64,000 bases of DNA from Chrysomallon squamiferum (taxonomy: Eukaryota; Animalia; Mollusca), in NCBI GenBank assembly GCA_012295275.1, contig CM022676.1, positions 186,001 to 250,000 of the forward strand, given 5' to 3'. Shown here one piece after another: positions 14,334 through 27,780 of this stretch (the first letter of the stretch is position 1; each line of letters starts with the position of its first letter). Below the pieces are notes generated by a model that ran no database searches, was not told the DNA's origin, and was given only the letters and a program-made list of their open reading frames with translations. Made by a program: the position numbers and the translations under genes.

Positions 14334-14458
14334 GAGGTGACCTGTCTCCTCAAGCATCTAAATCTGTACCCAGTGCCAGGGGACTGAGTGTCACTGTGTT
14401 TGTGTGTATCACAGTGTTACAGTCTCTTAACACTCTTCAACTGTTTCTCTTACCTTGA
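14334..14458 (+). CDS. GPI-anchored two-Ig-domain protein, exon 4 (linker and hydrophobic C-terminal tail, stop)
   Basis: Acceptor tttcag. GDLSPQASKSVPSARGLSVTVFVCITVLQSLNTLQLFLLP* has small residues followed by a hydrophobic end and no cytoplasmic tail. The joined CDS is 858 nt and open (285 aa). A probable 3'UTR intron lies at 14464-14601. Confidence 0.78.
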
Positions 14459-15267
14459 TCAGAGTAAGAAGTATTTTTAATTATGCTGTGGAAATATAAG
14501 TGTTCCGTTCTAGTATATACTAACAGTTAATTCCAAGATAACAAATTAAAGGCAATGTACAATGGTTATTATACATATATATTTCTGTGCGTGTTTTACA
14601 GGAAATATGCATAACTACTGATTATTTCTGAAAATATATGTAATGTTTGAAATGAAAGTTGGTGTTGATCCGTGGGAAACCAAGGCAATTCAGAGCGAAG
14701 GTTCGTAGAAAGAGAAAATTTTGACTTTGAAGACAAAAATTCTGTTTACTGTTGGACTTAAATGTATTTAGTTTGCGAAATATTCCAGTCTTCGCAGCAG
14801 AATAAAGTCTTCTGCTGCTCGCTCTGGTTCCAGAAATTCGCCACTGATTGGAACCTGTTGATGAACTTCTTGTTGCCATTGCATTGCTAGTTTCTTGGGT
14901 GAATGAAACATTACACATACTTTCATGAACTTTCAGGTATTATACATATTCCCTGTACAACAAGCACACATACAAACATACACATATACCTACGTAAATA
15001 CCTACATGCACACAACAAACTGTATTTCACCGATAATAACATGATCTTCAGATAATCAGGTGCGATCCAATGATTTATTATTACTCTTACAACATCGCCC
15101 GTCAAGCTATGTTTCTTGCATACCGGTACGAATTCCTCCCGTTGAACCCAGTTGGAGAGAATTTTCCTCTTTTTGAAGCCATCTGGCACACAGGTTTTCT
15201 TGTTTTTTTTATGATTATCATGATGCTTGTGTGGCTTAATGACCTGCATATATATATCTATATATAC

Positions 15268-15414
<147 letters not shown>

Positions 15415-16017
15415 CAGATAGCAGAACATATTTAAATTATGACACAAAACGTGGCATCGTCGTCCTCCTGTGCTTTCAAATCAGTTCCACCCTATTATCC
15501 ATTTTATATTGCCACGTATCATTAACGATAATAATAATGGACTTGGTACCATATCTCCTTCCATCTCACATGACAACACAGAGACACAGTGACGTCCTTG
15601 TGTTGCTAATGTCATTTTATCCTTTTGTGACAATGACTATAGTTTGAAATTGATCTGAATTACTAAGTCATAGTTTTTCTGTCAACCGACATATAGAAAT
15701 ATAAAATTCATAACAATATATCAAAGGAATTCAAAGTATTTTATTAATTAGAAAACACTCTAGAGTTGAATACAGTACTGTTCTGTGATCTTGGTAAACC
15801 TTCTTCACTTTCACACTTTTTAAAACTTTGTTTCTAAACATCTGAAATATATTTTATGCAAAATATATGCAGGAAGTTGAAAATGTTAGCATGTATCTCC
15901 AAACTATTAAAGAGTTATAAAGTTATTTTTGTTGTTGCTGGTGTGTTGTTGTTGTTCTTTTGTGTGTTGTTTTTTTTGTTTATATACGTGTGTGTGTGTA
16001 TATATGTGTGTGTATAT

Positions 16018-19000
16018 ACATCTCACATAAGGGAGGCCACTCTAAATATACCAGTGAACACATCTCACATAGGGGAGGTGACTCTAAATACCAGTGAACA
16101 CATCTCACATAAGGGAGGCAACTCTAAGTATACCAGTGAACACATCTCACATAGGGGAGGCGACTCTAAATACCAGTGAACACCTCTCACATAGGGAAAG
16201 TAACTCTAAATATAGAAGTGAACACTTTTCGCATAAGGCAGGCGATTCTAAATATATCAGTGAACATATTTCGCATAAGCTTTTATTTATTTATTTTTTC
16301 TTCAGTCAGTCAGTATTCTCTGTTTTCTTTCTCAGTAATCAAATGAATTTGGTACGGAAATACTTATCCTGATAACCAATGCAGTCCACATACAATTTTA
16401 TATTTTATTATCAATAAAATCTGAAAAGAATGCTGCGTTTAAATAGTACCACTCTTTGTTCTGTTTCCTTAGATTTTTCTTTTCTTTTCTTATTCATTTT
16501 TGTTCATTCTTTAAGCTGTTTCAATACTTTCTTTCTTTCTTTCTTTCCTTCTTTCTTTTCTATCTTTCTTTCTTTCTTTTCTTTCTCTCTTTTCCATCTT
16601 TTATTTCCTATCTTTCATTCCATCCTTCCTTCTTTTTTCTACGTGTTACCATTTCTTTATTATTTATTTATGAAATACTTTAATCAGTTTAAACACTCTG
16701 CTCTCACTGATTATTTAGTCTAGCTTTTGTATTCGAGTTTTCTATCTTATTTTCTTAATACCAGTGAACACATCTCACATAAGGGAGGCCACTCTAAATA
16801 TACCAGTGAACACATCTCACATAGGGGAGGTGACTCTAAATACCAGTGAACACATCTCACATAAGGGAGGCAACTCTATGTATACCAGTGAACACATCTC
16901 ACATAGGGGAGGCCACTCTAAATACCAGTGAACACATCTCACATAAGGGAGGCAACTCTAAGTATACCAGTGAACACATCTCACATAGGGGAGGCGACTC
17001 TAAATACCAGTGAATACCTCTCACATAGGGAAAGTAACTCTAAATATAGAAGTGAACACTTTTCGCATAAGGCAGGCGATTCTAAATATATCAGTGAACA
17101 TATTTCGCATAAGCTTTTATTTATTTATTTTTTTTTCAGTCAGTCAGTATTCTCTGTTTTCTTTCTCAGTAATCAAATGAATTTGGTACGGAAATACTTA
17201 TCCTGATAACCAATGCAGTCCACATACAATTTTATATTTTATTATCAATAAAATCTGAAAAGAATGCTGCGTTTAAATAGTACCACTCTTTGTTCTGTTT
17301 CCTTAGATTTTTCTTTTCTTTTCTTATTCATTTTTGTTCATTCTTTAAGCTGTTTCAATACTTTCTTTCTTTTTTCTTTCCTTTTCTTCTTTCTTTTCTA
17401 TCTTTCTTTCTTTCTTTTCTTTCTCTCTTTTCCATCTTTTATTTCCTATCTTTCATTCCATCCTTCCTTCTTTTTTCTACGTGTTACCATTTCTTTATTA
17501 TTTATTTATGAAATACTTTAATCTGTTTAAACACTCTGCTCTCACTGATTATTTAGTCTAGCTTTTGTATTCGAGTTTTCTATCTTATTTTCTTAATACC
17601 AGTGAACACATCTCACATAAGGGAGGCCACTCTAAATATACCAGTGAACACATCTCACATAGGGGAGGTGACTCTAAATACCAGTGAACACATCTCACAT
17701 AAGGGAGGCAACTCTATGTATACCAGTGAACACATCTCACATAGGGGAGGCCACTCTAAATACCAGTGAACACATCTCACATAGGGGAGGCGACTCTAAA
17801 TACCAGTGAACACATCTCACATAGGGGAGGCGACTCTAAATACCAGTGAATACCTCTCACATAGGGAAAGTAACTCTAAATATAGAAGTGAACACTTTTC
17901 GCATAAGGCAGGCGATTCTAAATATATCAGTGAACATATTTCGCATAAGCTTTTATTTATTTATTTTTTCTTCAGTCAGTCAGTATTCTCTGTTTTCTTT
18001 CTCAGTAATCAAATGAATTTGGTACGGAAATACTTATCCTGATAACCAATGCAGTCCACATACAATTTTATATTTTATTATCAATAAAATCTGAAAAGAA
18101 TGCTGCGTTTAAATAGTACCACTCTTTGTTCTGTTTCCTTAGATTTTTCTTTTCTTTTCTTATTCATTTTTGTTCATTCTTTAAGCTGTTTCAATACTTT
18201 CTTTCTTTCTTTCTTTCTTCTTTCTTTCTTTTTTCTTTCTTTCTTTTTTTCTTTTCTTTTTCTTTCTCTTTTTTCCATCTTTTTCTTTCCATCTTTTATT
18301 TCCTATCTTTCATTCCATCCTTCCTTCTTTTTTCTACGTGTTACCATTTCTTTATTATTTATTTATGAAATACTTTAATCTGTTTAAACACTCTGCTCTC
18401 ACTGATTATTTAGTCTAGCTTTTGTATTCGAGTTTTCTATCTTATTTTCTTAATACCAGTGAACACATCTCACATAAGGGAGGCCACTCTAAATATACCA
18501 GTGAACACATCTCACATAGGGGAGGTGACTCTAAATACCAGTGAACACATCTCACATAAGGGAGGCAACTCTATGTATACCAGTGAACACATCTCACATA
18601 GGGGAGGCCACTCTAAATACCAGTGAACACATCTCACATAAGGGAGGCAACTCTAAGTATACCAGTGAACACATCTCACATAGGGGAGGCGACTCTAAAT
18701 ACCAGTGAATACCTCTCACATAGGGAAAGTAACTCTAAATATAGAAGTGAACACTTTTCGCATAAGGCAGGCGATTCTAAATATATCAGTGAACATATTT
18801 CGCATAAGCTTTTATTTATTTATTTTTTCTTCAGTCAGTCAGTATTCTCTGTTTTCTTTCTCAGTAATCAAATGAATTTGGTACGGAAATACTTATCCTG
18901 ATAACCAATGCAGTCCACATACAATTTTATATTTTATTATCAATAAAATCTGAAAAGAATGCTGCGTTTAAATAGTACCACTCTTTGTTCTGTTTCCTTA

Positions 19001-22000
19001 GATTTTTCTTTTCTTTTCTTATTCATTTTTGTTCATTCTTTAAGCTGTTTCAATACTTTCTTTCTTTCTTTCTTTCTTTCTTTTTTTCTTTTCTATCTTT
19101 CTTTCTTTCTTTTCTTTCTCTCTTTTCCATCTTTTATTTCCTATCTTTCATTCCATCCTTCCTTCTTTTTTCTACGTGTTACCATTTCTTTATTATTTAT
19201 TTATGAAATACTTTAATCTGTTTAAACACTCTGCTCTCACTGATTATTTAGTCTAGCTTTTGTATTCGAGTTTTCTATCTTATTTTCTTAATACCAGTGA
19301 ACACATCTCACATAAGGGAGGCCACTCTAAATATACCAGTGAACACATCTCACATAGGGGAGGTGACTCTAAATACCAGTGAACACATCTCACATAAGGG
19401 AGGCAACTCTATGTATACCAGTGAACACATCTCACATAGGGGAGGCCACTCTAAATACCAGTGAACACATCTCACATAAGGGAGGCAACTCTAAGTATAC
19501 CAGTGAACACATCTCACATAGGGGAGGCGACTCTAAATACCAGTGAATACCTCTCACATAGGGAAAGTAACTCTAAATATAAATATAGAAGTGAACACTT
19601 TTCGCATAAGGCAGGCGATTCTAAATATATCAGTGAACATATTTCGCATAAGCTTTTATTTATTTATTTTTTCTTCAGTCAGTCAGTATTCTCTGTTTTC
19701 TTTCTCAGTAATCAAATGAATTTGGTACGGAAATACTTATCCTGATAACCAATGCAGTCCACATACAATTTTATATTTTATTATCAATAAAATCTGAAAA
19801 GAATGCTGCGTTTAAATAGTACCACTCTTTTTGTTCTGTTTCCTTAGATTTTTCTTTTTTTTTTTTATTCATTTTTTCATCATTCTTTTTCAAAGCTGTT
19901 TCAATACTTTCTTTCTTTCTTTCTTTCTTTTCTTTCTTTTCTTTCTTTCTTTCTTTCTTTTTTTTTTCTCTTTTTTTTCCATCTTTTATTTCCTATCTTT
20001 CATTCCATCCTTCCTTCTTTTTTCTACGTGTTACCATTTCTTTATTATTTATTTATGAAATACTTTAATCAGTTTAAACACTCTGCTCTCACTGATTATT
20101 TAGTCTAGCTTTTGTATTCGAGTTTTCTATCTTATTTTCTTAATACCAGTGAACACATCTCACATAAGGGAGGCCACTCTAAATATACCAGTGAACACAT
20201 CTCACATAGGGGAGGTGACTCTAAATACCAGTGAACACATCTCACATAAGGGAGGCAACTCTATGTATACCAGTGAACACATCTCACATAGGGGAGGCCA
20301 CTCTAAATACCAGTGAACACATCTCACATAAGGGAGGCAACTCTAAGTATACCAGTGAACACATCTCACATAGGGGAGGCGACTCTAAATACCAGTGAAT
20401 ACCTCTCACATAGGGAAAGTAACTCTAAATATAGAAGTGAACACTTTTCGCATAAGGCAGGCGATTCTAAATATATCAGTGAACATATTTCGCATAAGCT
20501 TTTATTTATTTATTTTTTTTTCAGTCAGTCAGTATTCTCTGTTTTCTTTCTCAGTAATCAAATGAATTTGGTACGGAAATACTTATCCTGATAACCAATG
20601 CAGTCCACATACAATTTTATATTTTATTATCAATAAAATCTGAAAAGAATGCTGCGTTTAAATAGTACCACTCTTTGTTCTGTTTCCTTAGATTTTTCTT
20701 TTCTTTTCTTATTCATTTTTGTTCATTCTTTAAGCTGTTTCAATACTTTCTTTCTTTCTTTCATTCTTTCTTTTCTATCTTTCTTTCTTTCTTTTCTTTC
20801 TCTCTTTTCCATTTTTTTTTTTCCATCTTTTATTTCCTATCTTTCATTCCATCCTTCCTTCTTTTTTTCTACGTGTTACCATTTCTTTTTATATTTATTT
20901 ATGAAATACTTTAATCAGTTTAAACACTCTGCTCTCACTGATTATTTAGTCTAGCTTTTGTATTCGAGTTTTCTATCTTATTTTCTTAATACCAGTGAAC
21001 ACATCTCACATAAGGGAGGCCACTCTAAATATACCAGTGAACACATCTCACATAGGGAGGTGACTCTAAATACCAGTGAACACATCTCACATAAGGGAGG
21101 TGACTCTAAATATACACATCTCACATATCTAAATACCAGTGAACACATCTCACATAAGGGAGGCAACTCTAAATACCAGTGAACACATCTCACATAGGGG
21201 AGGCCACTCTAAATACCAGTGAACACATCTCACATAAGGGAGGCAACTCTAAGTATACCAGTGAACACATCTCACATAGGGGAGGCGACTCTAAATACCA
21301 GTGAATACCTCTCACATAGGGAAAGTAACTCTAAATATAGAAGTGAACACTTTTCGCATAAGGCAGGCGATTCTAAATATATCAGTGAACATATTTCGCA
21401 TAAGCTTTTATTTATTTATTTTTTCTTCAGTCAGTCAGTATTCTCTGTTTTCTTTCTCAGTAATCAAATGAATTTGGTACGGAAATACTTATCCTGATAA
21501 CCAATGCAGTCCACATACAATTTTATATTTTATTATCAATAAAATCTGAAAAGAATGCTGCGTTTAAATAGTACCACTCTTTGTTCTGTTTCCTTAGATT
21601 TTTCTTTTCTTTTCTTATTCATTTTTGTTCATTCTTTAAGCTGTTTCAATACTTTCTTTCTTTCTTTTTCTTTCTTTCTTTTTTTTTTTCTTTCTTTCTT
21701 TCTTTTCTTTCTCTCTTTTTTTCCATCTTTTTTCCATCCTATCTTTCATTCCATCCTTCCTTCTTTTTTCTACGTGTTACCATTTCTTTATTATTTATTT
21801 ATGAAATACTTTAATCAGTTTAAACACTCTGCTCTCACTGATTATTTAGTCTAGCTTTTGTATTCGAGTTTTCTATCTTATTTTCTTAATACCAGTGAAC
21901 ACATCTCACATAAGGGAGGCCACTCTAAATATACCAGTGAACACATCTCACATAGGGGGAGGTGACTCTAAATACCAGTGAACACATCTCACATAAGGGA

Positions 22001-24085
22001 GGCAACTCTATGTATACCAGTGAACACATCTCACATAGGGGAGGCCACTCTAAATACCAGTGAACACATCTCACATAAGGGAGGCAACTCTAAGTATACC
22101 AGTGAACACATCTCACATAGGGGAGGCGACTCTAAATACCAGTGAATACCTCTCACATAGGGAAAGTAAACTCTAAATATAGAAGTGAACACTTTTCGCA
22201 TAAGGCAGGCGATTCTAAATATATCAGTGAACATATTTCGCATAAGCTTTTATTTATTTATTTTTTCTTCAGTCAGTCAGTATTCTCTGTTTTCTTTCTC
22301 AGTAATCAAATGAATTTGGTACGGAAATACTTATCCTGATAACCAATGCAGTCCACATACAATTTTATATTTTATTATCAATAAAATCTGAAAAAAGAAT
22401 GCTGCGTTTAAATAGTACCACTCTTTGTTCTGTTTCCTTAGATTTTTTTTTCTTTTCTTTTCTTTTTCATTTTTTTCATTCTTTAAGCTGTTTCAATACT
22501 TTCTTTCTTTCTTTCTTTCTTTCTTTTTCTTTCTTTTCTTTCTTTTCTTTCTTTCTTTCTTTTCTTTCTTTTTCCATCTTTTTTTTTATCTTTCTTCTTT
22601 CATTCCATCCTTCCTTCTTTTTTTTTGTTACCACCATTTTTTTATTATTTATTTATGAAATACTTTAATCAGTTTAAACACTCTGCTCTCACTGATTATT
22701 TACTGATTATTTAGTCTTTGTATTCGAGTTTTCTATCTTATTTTTTAATTCGAACACATCTTTCATAAGGGAGGCCACTCTAAATACCAGTGAACACATC
22801 TCACATAAGGGAGGCCACTCTAAATATACCAGTGAACACATCTCACATCACATAGGGAGGCAACTCTAAATATACCAGTGAACACATCTCACATAAGGGA
22901 GGCAAACACATCTCACATAAGGGAGGCAACTCTAAGTATACCAGTGAACACATCTCACATAGGGGAGGCGACTCTAAATACCAGTGAACACCTCTCACAT
23001 AGGGAAAGTAACTCTAAATATAGAAGTGAACACTTTTCGCATAAGGCAGGCGATTCTAAATATATCAGTGAACATATTTCGCATAAGCTTTTATTTATTT
23101 ATTTTTTCTTCAGTCAGTCAGTATTCTCTGTTTTCTTTCTCAGTAATCAAATGAATTTGGTACGGAAATACTTATCCTGATAACCAATGCAGTCCACATA
23201 CAATTTTATATTTTATTATCAATAAAATCTGAAAAGAATGCTGCGTTTAAATAGTACCACTCTTTGTTCTGTTTCCTTAGATTTTTCTTTTCTTTTCTTA
23301 TTCATTTTTGTTCATTCTTTAAGCTGTTTCAATACTTTCTTTCTTTCTTTCTTTCTTTCTTTTTTTTCTTTCTTTCTTTCTTTCTTTCTTTTCTTTCTCT
23401 CTTTTCCATCTTTTATTTCCTATCTTTCATTCCATCCTTCCTTCTTTTTTCTACGTGTTACCATTTCTTTATTATTTATTTATGAAATACTTTAATCAGT
23501 TTAAACACTCTGCTCTCACTGATTATTTAGTCTAGCTTTTGTATTCGAGTTTTCTATCTTATTTTCTTAATACCAGTGAACACATCTCACATAAGGGAGG
23601 CCACTCTAAATATACCAGTGAACACATCTCACATAGGGGAGGTGACTCTAAATACCAGTGAACACATCTCACATAAGGGAGGCAACTCTATGTATACCAG
23701 TGAACACATCTCACATAGGGGAGGCCACTCTAAATACCAGTGAACACATCTCACATAAGGGAGGCAACTCTAAGTATACCAGTGAACACATCTCACATAG
23801 GGGAGGCGACTCTAAATACCAGTGAATACCTCTCACATAGGGAAAGTAACTCTAAATATAGAAGTGAACACTTTTCGCATAAGGCAGGCGATTCTAAATA
23901 TATCAGTGAACATATTTCGCATAAGCTTTTATTTATTTATTTTTTCTTCAGTCAGTCAGTATTCTCTGTTTTCTTTCTCAGTAATCAAATGAATTTGGTA
24001 CGAAATACTTATCCTATCCTGAACCAATGCAGTCCACATACAATTTTATATTTTATTATCAATAAAATCTGAAAAGAAAAGCTGC

Positions 24086-24086
<1 letters not shown>
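16018..24086. repeat. Complex tandem satellite, array 2 (~10 units of ~830-900 bp), same family and orientation as array 1
   Basis: Unit starts at ~16760, 17598, 18455, 19293, 20145, 20991, 21891, ~22750 and 23572. It begins after a TG/TA tract and ends in (GA)n. Confidence 0.97.
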
Positions 24087-24161
<75 letters not shown>

Positions 24162-24333
24162 ATTAACATATATATTTTTTCAAGCAATAAATCATTTAAC
24201 TACTACAGCCAATTTGTATGACCCAGAAACACAGAGATGGAATAAAACACATTTTAAAAAATCTTTAAATTGTCATATGAAAGTTACATTATTTTGTTAA
24301 TAATATATTTCGATAATAGATATTTCCTTTCAG

Positions 24334-24509
24334 GCTATGGAAATCATTCGTAATGACGCTACATTTCGACAAACGACTTTTGGAGAAATCAAACTCTATG
24401 GCGAAACTGGTGACTGTTATTCTAGAGTTATTGATATGTTAAAGTATCAACATGTTAAAGGAATCTTTAACATCGATTTGACCGGAAAGGACTCAGTGTA
24501 GATCCACAG
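24334..24509 (+). pseudogene. Orphan GON-domain exon (ADAMTS9/20/GON-1 C-terminal type) with a 1-nt frameshift
   Basis: tttcag acceptor. AMEIIRNDATFRQTTFGEIKLYGETGDCYS...KGIFNIDLTG/GLSVDPQ matches the GON pattern (AGDCYS...GxFxINLxGTGL). Length 176 nt (one short of 177) and a GT donor at 24510. Confidence 0.8.
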
Positions 24510-25773
24510 GTTTCAAGAAAATACCCAACAGCTTTTCAATTTAATTTCAAAATTAATTTTGTTTAATTTTTCATTCATTGAATTTTTGTTAACTTACTCC
24601 AGTTAGACAGTAGTATAATAATAAACAGAGACAAACAGAACATTAACAATAAACATGAATAAAATCATCATCAATACATAAACTCAAGATAATCACTATT
24701 TTAATAATGCTTTGGAATTACTGGTGTATTTATATTTTCTTACTTCTACATGTATATGATACCGTCCATTTACTTTCTCATTTCACGATCGGTGATACTG
24801 CACAAACACAAACATACATACACACACGCACGCACGCACGCACGCACTCAAATACCCAGACAAACAAACAAACAACAAATTTTAACGAATTTTATTAACT
24901 GTTGTTATCAAAACCAGATGATAACACGTAGATGATTTTTGTTATAGTTTGCAGAATGGGTTTAATAATTACGAAGGACAGGGCAAATATGAATACTAGA
25001 TTTTCATTTTATTGATGTAATTATATTTTTTTCACATTCTAATTACTTCAGAGTCAAGTCCTGCCTGTCTAGAAATATAGATAAACTGGATAAAATAGAA
25101 TATCAGAGAAGATAGAACAATGTCATTGTATTTAAAATGATGCAAGCACAAATATGTAATAACAAAACTGTCGTTAGTATAGTGATTTAGTTCATGCCAA
25201 TAACAAGATTGGCACCCTTCTCTTTTATCTCCCATTTAATAGCTATTTTATTTCTGTTCATAATTGTTTTCTCTACTTTGTTTATTACATTTTAGTGTGG
25301 ATGATCTAAAAAGACAGCCAATTATTTCACTCTATCTGATTTACAACAAGTTCGTATTTTTGGTTAAGTTTAGTCTAAAATATTATCTGTTAATACATGT
25401 TACTGGTTACTGCATTGCTACACCAGTGTTTAATGATATTTCTAGTATCACAATGTTGTTAGGTTGTTGTTTTTTCTTCTTTTTTTTTTATTAAGAAATC
25501 GGTGAAATACGGCATCATTAAATTTATACAGAGGTAATCAAATGTGCCAAGTAATAAAAAAAAGAATAGGTCTTCTGTTTTCCAGGTCGAAGAATGAAGG
25601 AAAATAAAAATAATATTCCATAACTGACACAGATTTATTTCTTAGTTGTAAAATATCTGAGTTAATCGTGATAACAATTAACTTATTTTCGCTCTTTTCT
25701 TCCCGCATATTATCTTTAGTGATTCTGTTCTACTATTTTATTTAGACTACCTCTTTTTTATTAACCAAATAGT

Positions 25774-25891
25774 ATGTTTGTTTAAGGTGTATCTTCGAAA
25801 TCAGCAGGAAATAGTTTTAATATATTCTAAATATGTTTGTTTAAGGTGTATCTTCGAAATCAGCAGGAAATAGTTTTAATATATTCTAAAT
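25774..25891. repeat. Two-copy ~59-bp tandem duplication
   Basis: tatgtttgtttaaggtgtatcttcgaaatcagcaggaaatagttttaatatattctaaa occurs twice. Confidence 0.9.
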
Positions 25892-25998
25892 ACATCGAAA
25901 TAACATTATGTTTTTATTTTTGGGTAATAACGACATATTTTCGTACTGGCAGAGGTATCCTTTCCAATAAACTCATAAGACTTTAGTCTGTACAAATA

Positions 25999-26569
25999 CA
26001 GTGCAACCTCGACTTACGAGTGCCCCATCTTACGAGTTCTCGAGTCACGAGCAGTCGCCCGGTCGATCTTTGAGTTGCAAACCAAAATCCGAGTTACGAG
26101 CGAGTTTCAGCTATGCCGCCATTAGTTGGCGCAATGAACAATACAACATCCGCCCAGCATCCCGAGTCTAACTTGTTTACTTCACTTGGTTACCTCGACG
26201 CGGAAGTGTCTCTGTTGTGTTGTGCTCGAGTTGTGTGAGTATTTTGGTTCGCAACTCAAAGATCGACCGGGCGACTGCTCGTAACTCGAAAATGTGTAAG
26301 ATGGAGCACCCGTCAGTCGAGGTTGCACTGTATTTGTATAGACTAAAGTCTTATGAGTTTATTTGAATTTCTTTTTTTCTAGCCATGGATCCTAAGAAAG
26401 TGAGTCCAAAGAACAGTGCTGAGAAGAAAATGGGGTGGTTTTGGGGGAATGGAACGGATTAATGGTATTTCTATTAATTTCAGTTGGGAAAATTGATTTG
26501 ATATACGAACAAATTGAGATACGAGCTCATTCACGGAACGAATTAAACTTGTAAGTCAAGGTCATCTGT
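25999..26569 (+). mobile_element. Non-autonomous Tigger/pogo-type DNA transposon
   Basis: Left end TA|CAGTGCAACCTCGACTTACGAG and degenerate right TIR cttgtaagtcaaggtcatctg. An internal MDPKKVSPKNSAEKK at 26386 resembles Tigger transposase N-termini. Confidence 0.7.
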
Positions 26570-26804
26570 GTTATAATTAAAATCTTTTGTGGTAATAAGA
26601 AAAGAAATCTGCTGACATACGAACGTTAGAAAGAATTCTTTTCATTACCATAAGCAGGAAAATCTTTAGTAAACCTTTAATAAATTATTGCTTAATATCA
26701 TAAATATGTTTTTACGTTTTCCTTAATTAATATTATTTTTAAAAATGAACAAAATAACTGATAAATAGATTTGAAATGTAACTATTGTGATTCAACATTT
26801 GTAA

Positions 26805-26866
<62 letters not shown>

Positions 26867-27119
26867 TGATGATGATGATGAAGAAGAAGAAGCTGTCCAC
26901 TCACTTGATCTAATTTCATATCTAAAAGTTTCCCAAATGATCTAAAAAAGAAGATTACATTTTTGCCCATTTGATCCAATTTTTAATACTCACTCAACCG
27001 TCTGGGTTATTGCATTTGTCATAGAGGTGCATGGACACTTACAGAGGGAGTGATAAATTTCTTCAAGCTATACATCGAGAGATAGACAAACTCCCTATTT
27101 TCGCTATCATCAAGAACGT

Positions 27120-27310
27120 GGGATCGCTATACGGTGATAACTTCATCTATACTGACGGTACTTTCATCCACACGACTATATCTACAGACCTATACTTTTC
27201 ATGCTGAAGTCTAAGGCATCATGAACTCCCTTGTCTTCGTGCTCCTTTCAAACAAGACTTAAACTATGCACTGGAGACCTAAGCACATTGGCCTTTTCAA
27301 TCCGTTCAAG
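27120..27310 (+). mobile_element. Highly decayed RNase H fragment of an I-group LINE
   Basis: YGDNFIYTDGT, FHAEV*GIMNSL and LCTGDLS in shifting frames resemble the IYTDGS / AEL.AI / TDSLS RNase H motifs. Confidence 0.45.
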
Positions 27311-27423
27311 GTTTGAAATGATCTTTCACAGTTACTCACATAGTGTAATAGTCTATTACATCATTCCCATTTCATCTAATAATATTTCAATCCATACTGA
27401 AACTGTGAGATCAAGTGGGATGA

Positions 27424-27780
<357 letters not shown>

